Source: Camelus ferus (Eukaryota). Taken from it: DNA of 64,000 nt. The notes under the pieces were generated by a model, which was not told the DNA's origin, ran no database searches, and worked only from the letters and a program-made list of their open reading frames with translations. The stretch is from positions 34,784,001-34,848,000 of the forward strand of contig NC_045696.1 in assembly GCF_009834535.1 (NCBI RefSeq), given 5' to 3'. Made by a program: the position numbers and the translations under genes. Positions 39,836 through 53,953 of this stretch are shown piece by piece; the first letter of the stretch is position 1, and every line of letters begins with the position of its first letter.

Positions 39836-39859
39836 TACATTTTTTCGTTTAATTTTGTT

Positions 39860-40690
39860 GAATTAATTTACTTAATTTTGTTGAAATATTATTTACATGC
39901 AATAAAATTCACTCACTTTATAAACAGTTTGATGAGTTCGACAAATGTATCCCTCAATGTAACCAGCACTACATTCAAGTTATTGAACTTGTCCATCTCC
40001 CAGAAAAGTTCCCTGTGTCCTTAAGGCCATCAGTGTGCCCACTCACTTCCCTAATCCTAATCAACTACTGATTTGGTTTTGTTACTATACATTATTTTTC
40101 CTTTTCTAGAATTTCATATAAGTGGGGCCCTAAAATATGTACTCTGTATTTGGATTATTTTACACAGTACAAAATTTTTTGAGATTTATTCATGTCCTTT
40201 CATGTCTCAGTATTTCTTTTCCTTTTAACAGATGAATAGTGATTCCATTGTATGAGTATACCAACATTGGTTCACGTATTCACCTATTGATGCAAATTTG
40301 TGTTGCTGGGTTTGGAGCTATTCTGAATAAAAATGTTTTCTTTTTGAGCTGTAATTGTTCTTTTTATATTCTAGATACAAGTCCTTTGTGTTATACACAC
40401 ATATATCCACACGCGCGCACACACACACATAAAATTTTCTCCTAGTTGTCTTTTCATTTCCTTAGTGTTGTTTTCTGAAGAAGAGAAGTTTTACATTTTT
40501 GTGAATTCTATTTTATCAATTTTTTAGGGTGTATCCTCTTTGTTTCTTTTCTAATCTGTCTCAGAAATGTTTTCTAGTTTTTAGTACAGACGTCCTTTAC
40601 TTATTTTGCTAAATATATCCCTAAGTGTTTCATATTTTTGTTATAAAAATGATATTTTAAAATTTTATTTTATAATTGTTTATTATAGTT
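39860..40690 (-). mobile_element. Old L1 3' UTR (L1ME-like)
   Basis: tttgttgaaatattatttacatgcaataaaattcac...cttttctagaatttcatataagtgg...ttccattgtatg. Confidence 0.75.
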
Positions 40691-40724
40691 AATTACTTTT
40701 AATTGGTGTTCATAGTAAACTAAA

Positions 40725-41840
40725 TTTTTGAGCATCTACTATATGCATTCACTTGCTTTATCTTGGAGTTTCCATAATGAGTCACAGCATAAGTTCTCTC
40801 TGTTTTTCTTAGAGTTTACAATGTAAGGGAGGAGACAGACATTGATAAAAAGGTGTTTTTATCAATAACTTATCCACAATAAGTGCAATAAAAGAAGAGG
40901 GTACTATCTGAGCTCTCAAGTTCAAGAGATTTTTATAACAAGATATTCTATATTATTATCTTCAGTGCTCATAGACTTATAGATTTCATTTGGCTCCTTT
41001 CATTTTATCTTATTTTTATCCCAATGACTGCCTTTTAAAAATATACTTTTTATATTAACAGATAATTTTTTTTTTTTTTAAGAGAGGAGGCTCTTGTTCT
41101 TTAGGGTATAGAATCAGGCAATTTGACCTTGCCAGAAAGGTCTTTCCTGTGAAAGCACAAGGGAGTTAAAGTTTAAAGGATGAATAAGAATTGACTAGGT
41201 GAAGAAAGGAGACAAGAACAGTCTAATTACAATAAATAACATGAAGCAAAGACCCTGTGGTGGGAGGAAGCACAGGTCGGTGTGGTACTGAGAGACAATC
41301 ATGGCAGTTGGGGGAGATCAAGGAGAAGCATGATGTTATATTTGGCTTGAGAGATGTCTTAAGTGCCTGGATCGTGGTCTTGTAGCCATGTTTGTCTTTA
41401 TTCTGAATGGTTTTATGTAGAAGCATAACATTATTATGGTTACATTTTAAAAAGATCAATGTGGCTGCCATGTGGATAACAGTTTGGAGGGAAGCAATAG
41501 CAGAATTAGAGAGAAAGGTTAAGTTACAAAAGTCCAAGATGGTGGCTTGGAATAAGTTGGTGAATTGGAAATGGAGAGAAGTGAATATGTTTAGGAGGTC
41601 AGAGTTAGTGACTGATTTTCAAGGACAGTATCAATGTATCATTTATATGGCAGTACCATTGCTAAGGCAAGTAAGAGGAGATATAAAATAGATAGCTGAT
41701 AAGTGTGTTTGGAGCTCAGAAAAGAGATCTAGGTAGTAGAGAAACATTTATTGCCTAAAGAATGATAGCTGTCAATTGAAGTCTTAAGTGAAGATAAAAT
41801 TATCTAGGTAAGGATTATGGAGTGAAAAGAGAAGAGGGCC
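40725..41840 (-). mobile_element. L2 LINE fragments
   Basis: ttgagcatctactatatgc; ttttaaaaagatcaatgtggctgccatgtgga; tggagctcagaaaagagatctagg. Confidence 0.65.
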
Positions 41841-44800
41841 ATAGTTCAATTTCTGTTCTCCCTCTTTGTAATTCAAATACATTTTAGCTATAAGTGTGTC
41901 AAGATTAACCCATTTATCTTGTTCTATTTTCCCTTGAAATTTCCAAGTTTGTCAATGTTCTCCTTTGATTTCTTATATTTTGTCTTTCATTTGTAATGCT
42001 TTATGATGTTACACTTGCACTGTTATTATTTTGCTAGTTTTGTCAAATTCTACAGAATAATAATAAGAAGGATAATGTATAATTTGTTAACATGCGAATT
42101 TCTCATGTGACACTGTAAAATTGACAAATAATGAGGATTTGCTGAGTAAACAGCTGGGTGGGCATATTTATTCTGTAGGTGATCATTAGAAATATAAAAT
42201 GTGAATAGACTGGGGAAGAAAAATTGAGAATGAAGTAGAAGAAATGTATATAGTATCTATATTCATAAAATATTAAAATTATCAGTCAATATGAGTATTG
42301 TGGAAAATCAGCTTTTAAATTCTTCTTCTTATTACTGGAATACCTAGATACTTTTCTGCCTATTTCTTTTTTTGCAAAATACCATTACAGTTTGAGGCAT
42401 ATCAATTCCAAATAGTAACTATTTTACTACTAAATGTGAAATGTAAGAAGTAGGCTGAAAATATCTATATTGTCCATTCCCCTTTTAGATGCCATCTATT
42501 ACTTTATTTATTCATAAAGCAATTCTTAATCTGGGAGCTGAGCCAGTAAATTGACTTCATTTTCATGACTTGTAACAACTTTTGGATAAGAACCATTGTT
42601 ATAACTTAGTCAAATTGGGTAACTGTTTCCTGACAACTGATAGGAAAAAATACGATTTCCTATAATAAAACACTGAACTACATCCAATTCAGAGAAATAT
42701 ACTGAATTCATAAACAGAAAATTAAATCTTCTAATGTAAAATGAATATAGATATTACAGCCCCTGGAATTGTCCTTAAACGCGAGCTGCTATTACTTATG
42801 CAAAATGTCCAAGGAAGATGAATGGCCCATTGTTGAACCCATTGAACAAAAAAGCTTTGATTTCCAACAGTGATTTTAATCAGGACTCATTATGTGACTT
42901 AGAATAAGATACTTAAAAATCTCATGCTCCTGTTTCATCATCAGTGAACCAGGAAGAAAAATATACTTTCTCTCTGTCCTTGAACTCTTAAAGTTGTAAA
43001 GAATAATAATGCTAGAGTCACTGACTAATAGAAATGCAGAAACTTCCATCATTTAAAAATTATTTAAATCCAAGCCCTAGTTAGATAAATTAATCCTAAA
43101 ATAAATTAGGGGTTTTTATGACTTAAACATTTAAAAATATGTACCAAGATATATATTCCATCTTTCTCAATGCAACATTTTCCATCCAAGTAGTCTTTTA
43201 GAAGAGGGCAGCATTTTTTAATAGGAAGAGAAACCATAGACATCAAATTTAGACACCAGGATGCTTTATTTAATAATTACAAGTTGAAAGCTAATCTGGC
43301 CATGAAGTCTTGGGACACTAGAAAGGACATCTTGATTTATCTATAACTGGGGGCTTTGTGTATAGAGAATGATAATTTCTCTATTTGGAGTTGTTTGTCA
43401 TACTTATTCCATGATAGTGGGAAACATATGCAGATCTCACAGTCCTTTGCACAGATTAATGCTCAGTAGATATCTCAGGGAGGCATGAAACCAAGTGAGA
43501 TAGGAACTTACTCATTTATTTAATTTTTATAAAAAGAAATAGAAACTGTCCTAGGTTTTAAGAATGTAAAGCTGTGTTAGACACATCAGGAATTCAAGAT
43601 CTGTCAGAGAAGGACATACAAAAAAAGTATACAAAATACTAACTTGACAAGACATTAGTGTTGATATATGTGGTATTTTTGAATAAAGTCATTTTAGAGG
43701 GAGGTATAAGAGGAACCCCAAAATACTTAAAGACTGAAAACATTTTAAAATACTTTTAGAATAATTTTGTTACTGTGAATTTTGTTACATAAGATTTTAT
43801 TTCTTCATTCTTGGGCCAAAATGGTTGTCTTGGGCTTTTGCATTAGTGTTTTTAGAAGACAATTTATTGACTTTTAACATCTGAAAAAAATTACATCTAC
43901 ATCTTAAAAAATATATTATCACCAACGCAAGGGATTTTCAGGAATGAGTATCCAGGGTGGGTTGAGACAAGTGGAGTAGACAAAGCTACCTACCCACTCT
44001 GCTCCCGCACCCAAAGTTTGGACACACTAATGAGAGTTTAATTTTCATGTCAATATTTCTTTCATCCTTTTGTCTATTCCTTTGATCAATGTTCATTAAG
44101 TGCCTACTATATGCAGATAATGTGCTAAACATTGGGCTTGACTGTGATAAATAAAACTGAGTCTTCCTGGGAGAAAAAAATAATATGACAGGAACATAGC
44201 CTGAGATGGAAGTGAGACTGACTACCTCTTGAATTAAAGGCAGCTGGGCCCAGAGGATTATTGAACCTGAGTTGACACTCCAGTTGCAATCAGGAATGCT
44301 GGAAAAGAAAACAGAATGGAAAAATCTGCCCTGTGCAAGGTCTCCTGCTCTAGTACGCTTTCTGGTGAGGGGAATTACAAAGGTGAGCTCAGAAAGGAAA
44401 ATGAACTGGGGAGCAGGTCTTGCCTTTAGGCTTGGAACTGACCCAGACTAGTAAAACATAGCACATAAAATACGGTGAGTGCACAACAAAACGGTTGAAA
44501 GGTGAAATAAGAAGTATAAGATATTATCATAAAATAGACACATCGTAAAATGAAACATTTACTAGTTATAATATCCAAGAGTAGAAAAGTAATATTTGTC
44601 TTCCTATAAAATAAATTATAGATCACAATTTAATGATCAAATGATAAATATTACAGAAATTTTGGGAGAGAAGTCTATTGAAGCTGGAATAATTGAGGCT
44701 TCAAAGAAAGTTATTATCTGAGCTGGGCCTAGAAAAACAAGTTATTTCATTCAGCATTTAACAAATATTTGCTAAAAATCTACTATGGGTTAGCAGTGAG

Positions 44801-44929
44801 ACTCTTAGACTTACCTGTGAAATGGTAGGTTGAATTGAATGACTTTTCTTTAGTTTGAACCACTCACTACATGCTCTGATTCTATGGGTAAAGAGGAAAA
44901 TTTGTGAGGTGGCAGGAATAGAAGAAAGC

Positions 44930-45394
44930 TGTGGCAGGCAGAAGAATGGGTCTCCAAAAAGTCCAAGTGCCAATCTCTGGAATCCATAGATATGTTATTA
45001 TACCTGGCAAATGGATTTTTCAGAAGTGATTAAATTAAGGAACTTGGGATGAGATTAGCTAGATTATTCAGATAAACTGAATCTAATTACATGCGTCCTC
45101 AAAATTGAAGAAGCTGTCTTAGCATTCTAAGAGAAAAGGAGCTATGACTTCAGAAGAATGATCAGAAAATTGTAACATTGCTGGCTTGGAAGATGGCAGA
45201 AGGCCACAAGGCAAGGAATATAGGTGGCCTCCAGGAACTGGGAGACGAACACAACCCTGATGACACCTTGATTTTAGCTTAGCAAGACCTGTGTTGGACT
45301 TCAAACCTACAGAACTGTAAGATAAGAAATTTGTGTTGGTCTAAGCAACTAAATTTATGTTAGTTTGTTGTATCAGCAATAGGAAACTAATGTA
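44930..45394 (+). mobile_element. MLT1D-like MaLR solo LTR
   Basis: tgtggcaggcagaagaatgg...gacaccttgattttagc...acagaactgtaagataa...caataggaaactaatgta; TSD aaagc/aaagt. Confidence 0.85.
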
Positions 45395-46759
45395 AAAGTG
45401 TTTATGTCAAGGTTATAGTAGGTCCATGATGCAGAGGGATATAAAAAGTATAAATTGTTTTTAATGAACAAAGGTAAGAAATTGGTAAGACATTGGCTGA
45501 GTTGTAGAGTATGTACAGAGAAATAACAGAAGATGACTCAGTGCAAATATGTTGGTTTAGGTATCGAGGGTCTTGAAATTTAGGCAAAGTTTTATTTGTT
45601 TTATTTTTTATATGATAAAAAATAATAGGAAATCATCAAAGGTTGTTGAGAAGTATATAAGTTGATTTAGGAGAAAAAAGACAAAATATTTAATACTATT
45701 GCTCTTTGCTTTTAAGAAATCAATAAAGTATAAATCATAAAAGTCAAATATAAAGTCATAAAATTAATAATAAAATAGCATATTTAGAGAACTACATTCT
45801 GATGCTTTCACAAAAGCTTAAATCCTCTTTATAATTTTAAAAATATGATTGACACCAGTAAACTGTCAGTATTTAAGTAAAATTATGACCATATGCATAT
45901 ACAACCTACATAATTACGTGAACATCAACAATACAATGAAACAGAAGCCCATTAGTTAAGAATCCTGATTTGACATAGTTCTTGATGGTGTATGGCATCT
46001 TATAGCTATTTCATTTAAAAAAAAAACTATCTTCTAGGGACTAACTTTAGAAACAAAAGATACTTTTTGTAGAAAATTTTATTCAGAACATTGCTATAAT
46101 GGAAATATGAATGATTGAATAAAGACCGCCTTTTAGGAGAAAGACAGGTTTATTAGGATTGTCAAACTCCAAATGAAGAGTTAATGAAACATTCAAATCC
46201 TGCTGCTGTATTAATGGAAAGATTCAAATGCAAAGTTTCTGTGGAAAGTGGAGGTCTCTGCTACTTTTAAGAAGAGGCTAACTGATGCAACTTCACAACT
46301 GAGTGGTAACATTTAAGTGGGCTTTTATTATGAGGGAAAAAAAGGTCAACAGGAGAAAAAAGGAGGAGGTCGGGGAGAGGGAAGAGAGGAATAGGAAGAA
46401 AACAGGATTTCTAAGGATGTTACTATTTACAAAAGTATAAATTAACTAAAAAAGTTCTGACTTACAGTTAAGTCAGCTCTTGTTAAAGGTCCAGGGAATT
46501 CTGGGCATGAGAAAAATGGAACAGAGCAACCGTCTTCCTCTGCTTTGGAAAGAAAAAGAATCTATGTTTCACTCGTCACCTTTTGGACAACTCATTGTAA
46601 TATCATCCACGGTAACATTCCAAATAGGTCCAAAATGGGTTAAATGGAAATTCAGTAAGCTACCTTAAATCCCTAACCCAGTGATTTACTGCTTAAAAGA
46701 AATGCATTTGAAAATTTGTTTCAATTTGGCTTTTACATAAAAATCTAAACAATGTTATT

Positions 46760-47660
46760 TGATCACACATTCACCAGAACAATAAATGTTAAAAACATTT
46801 TTTCTTATAACATCGTGTGCTGGTGAGGATATGGACTAGAGTGAATCCTTTTATGTTGGTAGTGGTTGCATAAATTGGTACAGCAGGTTTCGAGAACAAT
46901 CTGGCAATATCTAGGAAGGTTGTTCAGGATCCAACCTTCTACTCCTAAGTGCTGTATTTACTTCAGAACAACTCTTGCATGTGTGCATGAGAAAATACGC
47001 ACAAGGGTATTCAATGTGACATTGTTGTTTATAGAAAAAAAAATTGAAAAGCAACCTAAATATTCATCATCACAAGTGGATAAAATTATACACAACAGTC
47101 ACAATGAATAATGAAAATAAACAGAGAAACATTGAAAGAAAAAGGCAAATTCTTACAACATTATATCTGTTATTTAAAATTTTGAAACACATAAAAATAA
47201 TATATGTTGTAGAGGGGAGGGTATAGCTCAAGTGGTGGAGCACATGCCTCGCATGCCTGGGTCCTGGGTTCAATCCCCAGTACCTCCTCAGAAAAATCAA
47301 ATCAATAAATAAACCTAATTATCTCCTCCTTGCAAAAAACAAATTAAAAAAAATGTTGTATGTCGACATACACATAAATCTTATATATTTGTATGTAAAA
47401 ATATGAAGACGTGGACAGAAAGGATGTATTTCCATTTCAGAATGGTGATTATGTCTGGGATGCAAGACGAATGGATGACATGGAAGAGCATCAATTAGGC
47501 TGTACAAAAAGGACTTTGATCAAAGCTTCACTGTTTTATGTCTTTCCAGAATTATCCAAAGAAAGTGTGATAACATATTTATTAAATCTGATAGGTGATT
47601 ACAATATGTTTGTTAGATTACTTTTCTGTATTTTCCAATATAAACCAATTTTTTAAAAAG
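46760..47660 (+). mobile_element. Old L1 3' end (L1ME-like), interrupted by a SINE
   Basis: gctggtgaggatatgga...aaattggtacagc...aatctggcaatatctag...aagcaacctaaatattcatc. Confidence 0.7.
47212..47352 (+). mobile_element. tRNA-derived SINE, camelid Vic-1 type
   Basis: ggggagggtatagctcaagtggtggagcacatgcc...gggttcaatccccagtacctcc with A/B boxes and an A-rich tail; TSD atgttgta at 47204-47211 and 47353-47360. Confidence 0.9.
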
Positions 47661-48252
47661 GGCTATATTTAATTATTTTCCTGTATGCACTAATTATCTC
47701 ATGAATAATCTGGTGTGGTTTTAATTTGGCTTGTTTTGTATGGTTCTGTTAGTCCTATTTCAGTCTCAGACCATAGTTTTCATTTCAATCAGCTGACCTA
47801 TATTCCTCCTTCAGTTGTGTGCTTATAGCACAGAGGTCTTTTCCAATACAATCACGCATTTGATAATCTGTTTGCAAAATTATTTCTCGAAGACTTTCAA
47901 AATCTCTGTGGGGCTATACTCTGCAATATTTCTATTAGTTTTTTTCAAGATTAAATTGAATGTCCCAAATATGATTCATTAAGCACAAGCTCTTGAAAAA
48001 TAAGGTCACCATTAAAAAATGTAACTATTTTGAGCTGGCTAATCTGATTGATGGAGATAAATATGTGTCATTTCTGAGAAAAAGACTAACTTGTCATTAG
48101 CTGTATCTTACTCATTGATATCAAGGGATTATAATGGGGGTGGCATTGTTCTTTCATCTTCATCCTTGGGAGAGCAGCCTTGACCCTTAGCTTGTTTCAT
48201 TATCGTCTTTCACAATAAATCATCAACCTATCATGGACAGCCATTTAGAGAG

Positions 48253-48450
48253 CAATAATAATAATAGTTAACATTTAAGGAGCTTTTATTATTTGCAGTG
48301 CTGTGGTCAGCACTTTATGTAATTGTCTCATATCATTTTAACAACCCATGAAGAAGAAGCTATTATTATTTACCTTTTGTAGATACAGGAGCTGAGGCTT
48401 AGAGGGGCCAATGAGATCTCAAAAAAATCAAAACTCTAGGCAGATGACAG
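48253..48450 (-). mobile_element. MIR SINE
   Basis: aataatagttaacattt...aacaacccatgaag...ttgtagatacaggagctgaggcttagagg. Confidence 0.75.
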
Positions 48451-49429
48451 CATAGTCCTAAATTAAACTGTAAGCAAAAAAGATTTCATTCTGAGTTTGG
48501 TAAATATCTTAGCAAAGGAAGCCTGTTCTGATGGCAAAAAAAAAGATATCTGGAAAGAAGTTGGAAATGATGCTTTGCTAGTGGAAGAAAAAGGGTATGT
48601 ATAGGGGCAGAGAAACACATGGAGACTTCCAGCACATTCTAGTCTTTCCTGATAATATTGCAACACAAACCCTACAAGCTTGATTTATTTCTGGTTTTTG
48701 TTTTCTGTATAGCTTGAGGGTTCCTGTGGAGGAAATCAAATCCTAAATAACCAGAGGCAACACAGAGCAATAGCAGAAGGAAAGTGGTGGACAAGGAAAA
48801 GGTGTAGGATGTGTGTGGTCTCTGCGAGGGGTAGTCTTGAGGAAGATTCACACGGATGGCAGTTCAGGAAGTGTGTGAGACTGGTAGTGGCAGGGGCTGC
48901 ACAGGCACATAGCGGAAGGCTAGGAAAGTGAGCTAACTAAACACCAGGAAAAACGCTGCAAAAGTCCCCTGTGCCAAGCAAGGAAAAGGAAAGCACTTTG
49001 GATGAAGTGAACATATTTTTGGAAAGTCTCAGTATTCACCTGAAGCTTACATGTTTAATATTGCATATATATTAGAACAATAGAGCCCAATAGAACTTTC
49101 TCTGTAGCCCAGGAGTGATTGGAACAGGTTTACATGAACAAAGGATTTGTTTTTTTCTGCAAACTTTGTTTATACCCATCACACCCTCAGCCTTCTCTGT
49201 CTGACTTTTCCCTCCTCCTCTCCATTTACTCTTCTTTTTCTCTCTTTCCACAAATTTGACTTTACAATCTATTAGGTATCTGACACAACTTTCTCATTCT
49301 CTCTGGTCTGCCTCTTGCACTGAGTTAATGCTTTTTTGCTCCTAATTTTAAAATTGATGTCTGTTTCTCTTTTAGCTTTTAACCTGTCATTTCTTTGTTC
49401 ACACTTCACCTACATGCCTTCACTTACTC

Positions 49430-49810
49430 TTTTAGACCTGCACTTTGCCCTTTCCCATTCTGCTCCCTGTCCCGGGGGACTGATCTTCTTGGACAATAAA
49501 TATATTAAGAGGTCCCCTCCCCTCTAGTCATCACCTCACGTTGGCTTTGCCTCTTGACCACAGGTCAGAGCTCTTGTTGAAGTAATTCTCCATACAGGAT
49601 CTTCTCTTTGGCTTCCAGGAACCACATGTTCTTTCTCAGGTCAGGCGTAGGAATAGTAAGAACACAAGTTTTTTCTAGTCCTGGACTCTGGTGATATCCC
49701 TTGTGATTTCTTTTTACCCTGCTCACTCCTTGGTAAACAGTTCATTTATTAGATCCTCTTCCAATCATCCAAATTTGTGAGTATCATCTATTTCCTGTTG
49801 GGACTTTTCC
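49430..49810. mobile_element. Degraded ERVL-type LTR (LTR16/LTR33-like)
   Basis: tgctcactccttggtaaacagttcatttattagatcctcttc...gagtatcatctatttcctgttgggac resembles an ERVL LTR end. Confidence 0.45.
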
Positions 49811-49904
49811 TTTATTTTGCACTCTCCTGATTTAGTTGGTCCTGGGCACCCATTTATCTATCTTGTATTTATTACCCTGTTTTAATCTATACTTCATTAG
49901 GGAG

Positions 49905-50095
49905 CTTGTAGAATGAAAAAATATTTCAAGATTGAAAGTCTGAAGAGTCTGATGTCTGCTTTGTCATTTGCTAGCCATGTGATCATAAGCAGATCACTTC
50001 TTTCTTCTGAACCTTATTTTTTCTTTCTCACCTAGAAAATGAAGAGAGTTAAATTAGATGATTTCTAAGAGTATCTTCTGGCTTTAAGATTCTAC
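49905..50095 (+). mobile_element. MIR SINE
   Basis: gctagccatgtgatcataagcagatcactt...ctagaaaatgaagagagttaaattagatga. Confidence 0.65.
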
Positions 50096-50929
50096 AGTTT
50101 CATGAAATAAGCAATATATAATGTTTTAATCTCAGTAATTGCTCAACTTTATTCTGACTTTGCTTTATTTTGACTTTGTATGAGGACAATTTCTTTATGA
50201 AAACAATCACTGCTTTCTATATTATATGTAAAATGTTTAAATATAAGAAAGTAAACCTGAATGAGTTTAAGATATAAAAAATGCTAATACAAATATGAAA
50301 ATATGAACTAAATAGCTATCATGATTATGTAGCTTTGACTTTGAAATGTGAACAGTAAAATTCTATTCAAAACCTGAAGCAAAAGAAGAAAGCAAAGTGT
50401 GGGTAGTTACTTACCTAACACACATGGATTATGTATATTTTGAACATTTAGATTGAATGAATGCAATTTGCTTGTATTTTCAGGCACGGGTTGTGGAAAG
50501 AGCAGTTGCTTTAGGTGTTATCTATAAAAGGTTTGGCTGTCAGTTGAACTTTTCCATTTCATTTTCCCCTTATCTCTTTAGAAGTGAAGAGGTAATTTTT
50601 TGAAATATATAACATTTTAAAAAGGGAGAAAGAGCACTCTACATTGAACAGTTAAATCTCAGGGAATATTTTGTCCATATTTTCGCTGAAGAATGTAAGA
50701 CTGAATACTTTTAAGATGGGCTTTTGGGCCATTGTCTCACTGGACTTGCTATTAAAATACCAAACCATAATGTGCTACTAATATTTCCAAATAACATTGT
50801 GCATTTTTCTTTTACTGAAAGGTGTTTTCTTTCAAAGAAGTCAAGCAAATACACTTATGCTATTAAAAGTACTTTTGAGAGCCCTTGAAAAGGAAAAAAA
50901 TGTATGTAGTGTTCAATATTTAAATTCTG

Positions 50930-51720
50930 CACTTGAGGCAGACTGATGCCGCCATGCAATTGGCCACAGAATTCAGTTTCTGTCACGGAATTCGCCCTGT
51001 GCAGATCACCATGCAGCTCCGCTCTCATGTGGCTGACGGGGAGGCCAGGGGGAGTACTGCATTTGCTTTGCTTTGGCTCTGGCTTAGGAAAATTGCTCAG
51101 GCGATTGCTCTTTGTAGCATGTAATGCTGTTAGTTCCTATCCCACTGCTAACAGCCTTCCACCCCTAAGTAGACCACAGAGCGGATGGAAGAAAGAAAAA
51201 CTACTACTTGTCCTAACTGTATTGGCCCACGTATCAATAGAGCCTGGTGGCTTTCCAATCCTACCTCTGCCAACTCCGTGTGGATCTGAGGACGCCAGCA
51301 TGGAATCATTTACTCCACGTTGGACCAGGTATTACCCTGCACGGTTCCAACATTCTTTTCCTAGTTCGAGTAGACTGTAAATTTCAGAAAGAAATAAAGT
51401 GAAAACTTCAAAAAAGGTAGAAAAAAGAGGGGAGATTCTGAATACAGATTTATGCATTTCTTGTAACATTTATTATACTAAATGTGCGACTATGTATATT
51501 TTACATTTTTAAGGATTGATCCCAAACAAGATTTTGCTTCTGTATTCAAAGCGAGGAGCTGACCCTGAAATCTGATCAGCTGCTTGGTGGCATATGTAGT
51601 GCTGACAATAATCTCTCTCCGTTTGGGGCATCATAGTCACTGCATCTGATGGAGGTCAGCATATCACGTCCACCCATAGTGTAGGTGGTGGCGCAGGTGG
51701 CCATGCAGGCTGAGATCTTA
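50930..51720. promoter_or_regulatory. CpG-retaining unique block, candidate enhancer or conserved element
   Basis: Many CpGs relative to flanks, no repeat signature, cluster of E-boxes (CAATTG, CATGTG, CAGCTG, CATATG, CATCTG, CAGGTG). Confidence 0.4.
51336..51374 (-). other. Candidate 39-nt exon (alternative donor at 51265 gives 110 nt)
   Basis: Acceptor ctttatttctttctgaaatttacag|tctact; donors CAGG|gtaata and GAG|gtagga. Open frames STRTRKRMLEPCR or LLELGKECWNRA. Confidence 0.35.
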
Positions 51721-53449
51721 CACTTTATTTTTATGGCTTAGGGCTTTCTTAAGCAAAGCTTTATTTACTGTAAAGGTGCTATCCTTTGGAAGAGATTCAG
51801 GGAAATACCATGTAATGGACTTATTTTTATATGTAATGGATTAATTTTCAAATATGCATTAAAACAGTACACTCAGTAGAACAGAAAGAGAAAGCAATCC
51901 ATGCACCCGTGCTAAATTCACTCCTTAATGGGCAAATTGCTAAGAGAGAAGAAATAGAAAAAAGAAAAGGAACACTCAGTCTTCAGATGTCAGGTCTTCT
52001 TCTGTAGTTTTCACATAGGCAATAGTGTGAGAGAGATTAAGTTTTTCCTTAAGGAAATGTAGACAGTAATGGGTTTGCCATTTTTACTGTTCAGCACAAG
52101 TCTGACAACACTCATTTAGCTTCTAATGCTTTGTTTTCTTGAAGTCAATAATGAATTTCAGTTTCCTTGTCTATCAGATCAGTTTGTTGGTTTTTTTCCC
52201 TCAGATTTTACATCCCTCAAGACTTTGTGGGGACAGAACAAAAAAAAGAGTAAAAACTTTCCCACTAAATCAGCTGAATAATGGATAGCACAATAAAATA
52301 AAATGTGAATTTGCCTTGATAATTCAGAGCCAAGCCAGTGCCTGAACAAACCCTCAAAAGTGTTATTTACATAAAGAAAAGCACCCTATTATTTTATTTC
52401 ACATGAAATAAAGCACTCTATTAACCGTCCCATTCAGGGGAGACAGTCGAAATTCTCATCTTCTGAAATGTATGTGTTCAAGGTTTTGTAAGAGAGGCTA
52501 CTGTGATCTGAGAGCTACTTCTATCCCATCCCAGACAACTCTATTCCATTCTGAAATGGTGCCAAACCATTTATCTCAAAGATCTGAGCATCTAACAAGT
52601 TAACTGGAGGGACTCCCTTTTGTTTTCATGTTTTGGTGGATTCATTATCAGAACCAGTTTTCTTTAGCAAACATATAAATTTATCATAACTTCAGAGCCC
52701 TGAATGTGATTCAAAATAAATCAGCCATGACCATTTCTGCCAACTGAGACCGTTGGAAAGGGGCCCTGGAATAGTGTAATTAGTTGCCATTACGTGGCTG
52801 CAAGCCTGCAATTTTCCTACTGACTCTGACCCACTGCCTTGCTTAAGTAAGTATTTGCACGCAAACTCATGATAATTGATCCCCTTCTGTGTCAAGTGTC
52901 TTCATAACTTTAAAAATTAAAGATGCAGAGTGTCTCAAGTGGTTTGGGTAGGCAATTTTATTCCAATTTTATTATCACAATGGGTCCATAATATGCATGG
53001 AGTGTCCTTTCTGATTAGCCACGCCTCAGCAGTTATCCACTCTATTTCCATATTTGCCTATCTTTCCCTACTCTGTTCCTCCTTTGCTTCCAATCTAGGC
53101 TTCCCCTCATTTTCTGGGAAAATGGAAGGGGCTGCTTGCAGAAATTAACTAACTATTCAAATTAGCTGCCCAGAGTCAGGATTGGCTAAGGCAAGATGGT
53201 GTTCCCTGCTAAATAGCTGTTTCTATTACACGTGAAAATGATTTCTGTCACTTCAGAGATTGGAGAGGAGGAGATGACTAGGTGTCTGGGTACAATGAAA
53301 ACTTTTCTCTAATCATTGGAATTTTTCATATTTTAAATTATCTCAGTACCAAATTATAAAAAGGGAGCATTTTGTGTTGTAACCCATCAATAGTGCTGCT
53401 GTCAGCTAGGAACGCCTGGGGCGCTCACCTGGCCCTCCCCTATTTGTGA

Positions 53450-53912
53450 TGAGCCCCCACAGACAGTTCTCTGACCAAAGCCAATGTTGTAGCTGGACTG
53501 GCCCTTGTGATTCTTGTTACAATCACCAGCCATGCCTCAGCAACAACCAAGAGGGAACTTCGAAAAAACAAGTTTCATTAATTCATACAAGTGTCCTGGA
53601 GGGTGTATGGCCTGCCTGGGGCCACACAGAGAAATCTCGGGCAGAGAGAGAGAGAGCTTGCAGATCTGGGGCTCTCCCTTTATTACACCTGAGGGTGAGG
53701 GTCCTAGGATTTCTTTGGTTCACTCTACCTCGATCAGTTTAAAACAGAGCAGGAAATAAATTACTGAAAGACAGAAGCAGGGTCATTCTGTTGCCAGAGA
53801 ATAGGTTCTTGTCTCCCACAGGAAAGAATTCAAGAGTGAGGCATAGTAAAGTGAGAGTAAGTTTATTCAGGGAGTTACACACTCCATAGACAGAGTGCAG
53901 GCTGTCTCAGAA

Positions 53913-53953
<41 letters not shown>

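Noticed and set aside
50946..51380. 144-aa plus-strand ORF
   Set aside because: No recognisable protein and no supporting splice context; locally higher GC explains it. The region is kept as a regulatory or exon candidate instead.
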